DNA of 62,009 nt, filler included, from Nitrospinae bacterium RIFCSPLOWO2_12_FULL_45_22 (GTDB lineage Bacteria; 2-12-FULL-45-22): NCBI GenBank assembly GCA_001803565.1. It is 7 parts of 7 records of this genome, joined end to end, with 100 filler letters (N's around TTAATTAATTAA, not from the genome) between each part and the next. Parts side by side here need not be neighbours in the genome. Positions count along the whole stretch, not along the records: positions 52,198 to 62,009 come from MHDQ01000169.1; 6 more parts are not named here. One strand, written 5' to 3'. The position numbers and the translations under genes are program-made. Position 1 is the stretch's first letter; every line of letters starts with the position of its first letter. A model generated the notes under the pieces. It was not told where the DNA came from. It made no database searches and was given only the letters and a program-made list of their open reading frames with translations. Below are positions 60,270 through 62,009 of this stretch, piece after piece.

Positions 60270-61601
60270 TTATCCCTCGATAGCCAATCTTTCCCAATAA
60301 TTCAGGGCTTTAAGGTTTTCATCAGCGATATTTGTCGGCGCAGAGGATATTATAGCATCTTTCAAGGCATCAATAGGGAACAACTGGTTTTTATTCAATA
60401 CATACCCCAGGGCAACTAAGGCCAGGTTTTTTCTCCCCACCTCCTTTGCTTCAACCCAATCCTGAACCGGTATCCGGTATATACTATTTCTAAATTCAAT
60501 ATCCAGTTGATCTCTCAATGCATCATCAATGAATATCATGGTTTCATCTTTTATAGGCTTAAGTCTATCTCTTATTCGGTTAAGACCATCTCTGGAGATG
60601 ATGATAACCAGGTCAGGAACTTCTATCCCGGTATATAATATGGGCTTGCTGTGGAGGATTATTTCTGCAACGGAATAACCGGTCATTATGGTTATAGGGT
60701 AATCATCTTTTTGAGCGGCGTATAACCCGGATAAGATAGCTGCTCTACTGAATATAGAAGCGGCGGACCTAACTTTCTGCCCAGCGCTACCGGCTAAGAT
60801 TATTCTAACCTTCTCTTTTAAATTATTATGATATTTACGAATAAGCCCACCGGGAGCCTCTTTTTGTGGGGTAATGAAACTTTGCCTATCGGTTGGTGGG
60901 ACTGCCCGCTCTCGGTGAGGGGTCTTCTTTATTATCCCCATAGGCATATTAAGTTTATCTGATAATACTATAAAGCTTTTGCGGTTTATAGGGTTGCGGC
61001 TTACATAATAAGCGGTACAAAACTCCCAGATATCTAATAGGGAGAGTCCCTTACAGGATATAGCCTCAGCGATAATACCCCCTAAGTTATCCTCAAATGC
61101 TGTGGCACGGGCAACAAAACTGGCTCCGTTCACTGCCACTGTAGCGCAAATGTCCATAGGCCTCTCTATACAGCCCGCAGGAGTAGAGGTAGTAAAGCTA
61201 TCCGGGGGTGTGGTTACTGAATGCTCGCCACCAGTCATCCCAAAGTTGAAATTATTAAACACCAGGACAGTTAGGTCTACATTGCGCCTCGCAGCATTTA
61301 TTAGATGATGACCACCAATACCACACCCGCCATCCCCTATAAGAACAATTACAGCAAGCCCTGGGTTGGCAAGCTTTATGCCAGTCGCATAGGTAATTGA
61401 GCGGCCATGTTGTCCATGGAAGGTATTGGTAGCAAAGTGATGATCAGATAATCCAACGCAGCCTATATCGGAGACTATAACAACTTTATTGGGAGGTAGG
61501 TTCAGGGTTTTTAGCGCTTCATCTAGTCTTTTTAGTATGATTCCGTGACTGCATCCGGGACAGAACTTAAATGGCAAGGTCTCTTTTATCAGATAATCCA
61601 T
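60270..61601 (-). CDS. Fused beta+gamma subunit of a 2-oxoacid:ferredoxin oxidoreductase
   Basis: FCPGCSHG, DIGC, HGR, GDGG, NNFNFGMTGG, followed by a gamma domain ILAGSAGQKV...QKDDYP. Confidence 0.88.
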   Translation of the reverse strand: MDYLIKETLPFKFCPGCSHGIILKRLDEALKTLNLPPNKVVIVSDIGCVGLSDHHFATNTFHGQHGRSITYATGIKLANPGLAVIVLIGDGGCGIGGHHLINAARRNVDLTVLVFNNFNFGMTGGEHSVTTPPDSFTTSTPAGCIERPMDICATVAVNGASFVARATAFEDNLGGIIAEAISCKGLSLLDIWEFCTAYYVSRNPINRKSFIVLSDKLNMPMGIIKKTPHRERAVPPTDRQSFITPQKEAPGGLIRKYHNNLKEKVRIILAGSAGQKVRSAASIFSRAAILSGLYAAQKDDYPITIMTGYSVAEIILHSKPILYTGIEVPDLVIIISRDGLNRIRDRLKPIKDETMIFIDDALRDQLDIEFRNSIYRIPVQDWVEAKEVGRKNLALVALGYVLNKNQLFPIDALKDAIISSAPTNIADENLKALNYWERLAIEG

Positions 61602-61629
61602 GAGAATTCAGATCACCCAACTACATTCC

Positions 61630-62009
61630 TTAATGGAGTTCCGCTAAAATGTGTGAGGGTGGTATGAGGTTACCGTCTAAACGCTGTATTCCTATCAGCT
61701 CCCTCTGGGCTACAAATTTACTTATCTCGTGTAGGTATTGACCATTATTCAATTCAGGGACGATGACCTTTTTAATACCCTTTAATGCCAGAGATATATC
61801 CCTTTCTGGAACTGGCCATAGGGTATACAGGATAAGGTGAGAAACCTTTTTACCTTTTTTACGAGCTATCTCCACAGCCTCTTTTACCGACCTGGCAGTC
61901 ATCCCATAGCTTATTATCAATATGTCAGCGCCTTGATCGCGATCAAGATGGGTCAGGGCGATCTTATTAACTGCCTTTTTAATCTTAGCATCTAAATGTC
62001 TGAGTTTCC
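61630..62009 (-). CDS. 2-oxoacid:ferredoxin oxidoreductase alpha subunit, C-terminal part (5' end off window)
   Basis: Frame open to the edge: ...ADILIISYGMTARSVKEAV...TLWPVP...VPELNNGQY. Confidence 0.85.
   Translation of the reverse strand, partial: KLRHLDAKIKKAVNKIALTHLDRDQGADILIISYGMTARSVKEAVEIARKKGKKVSHLILYTLWPVPERDISLALKGIKKVIVPELNNGQYLHEISKFVAQRELIGIQRLDGNLIPPSHILAELH

Overview
The window is seven assembly fragments of an anaerobic bacterium, probably a draft genome or MAG. They are joined by artificial 100-nt linkers (N-run + TTAATTAATTAA + N-run) at 11038-11137, 18770-18869, 35407-35506, 40966-41065, 46529-46628 and 52098-52197, so adjacency across linkers is meaningless. Fragment 1 (1-11037) is a minus-strand surface-modification operon: GT2, three cobalamin-binding radical SAM enzymes, a polysaccharide deacetylase, a SPASM radical SAM enzyme, a DUF2723/TMEM260-like TPR glycosyltransferase and a GT4. 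Fragment 2 holds a CDP-alcohol phosphatidyltransferase, two USPs, polA, yjbQ, a coiled-coil membrane protein, a class III cyclase, a PEGA protein and a thermonuclease. Fragment 3 holds alaS, methionine gamma-lyase, two peptide-ABC ATPases, a hypothetical, mutL, guaB, a coiled-coil protein, guaA and dnaE. Fragment 4 is a type I-C cas3-cas5-cas8c-cas7 module plus a four-helix-bundle gene, with no array visible. Fragment 5 is an amrS-GxxExxY-archease-rtcB-pcm-rtcA repair operon and a small gene pair followed by a degenerate attC-like site. Fragment 6 is a gas-vesicle cluster (gvpN, AbrB-like, GvpV-like, CDC48/p97, GvpL/F-J-domain fusion, hypothetical, GvpL/F). Fragment 7 holds two 2-oxoacid:ferredoxin oxidoreductases, a D-2-hydroxyacid dehydrogenase, a class III CoA-transferase and a 2-hydroxyacyl-CoA dehydratase pair. 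The most notable observations are (1) the gas-vesicle cluster with CDC48 and a J-domain fusion, (2) a GxxExxY gene enclosed by 9-nt-periodic inverted repeats, with many empty and nested periodic palindromes elsewhere, (3) a TMEM260-like glycosyltransferase among four radical SAM enzymes, and (4) a dispersed family of repeat-variable coiled-coil membrane proteins. All family calls are from motif recognition by eye; no database search was run.
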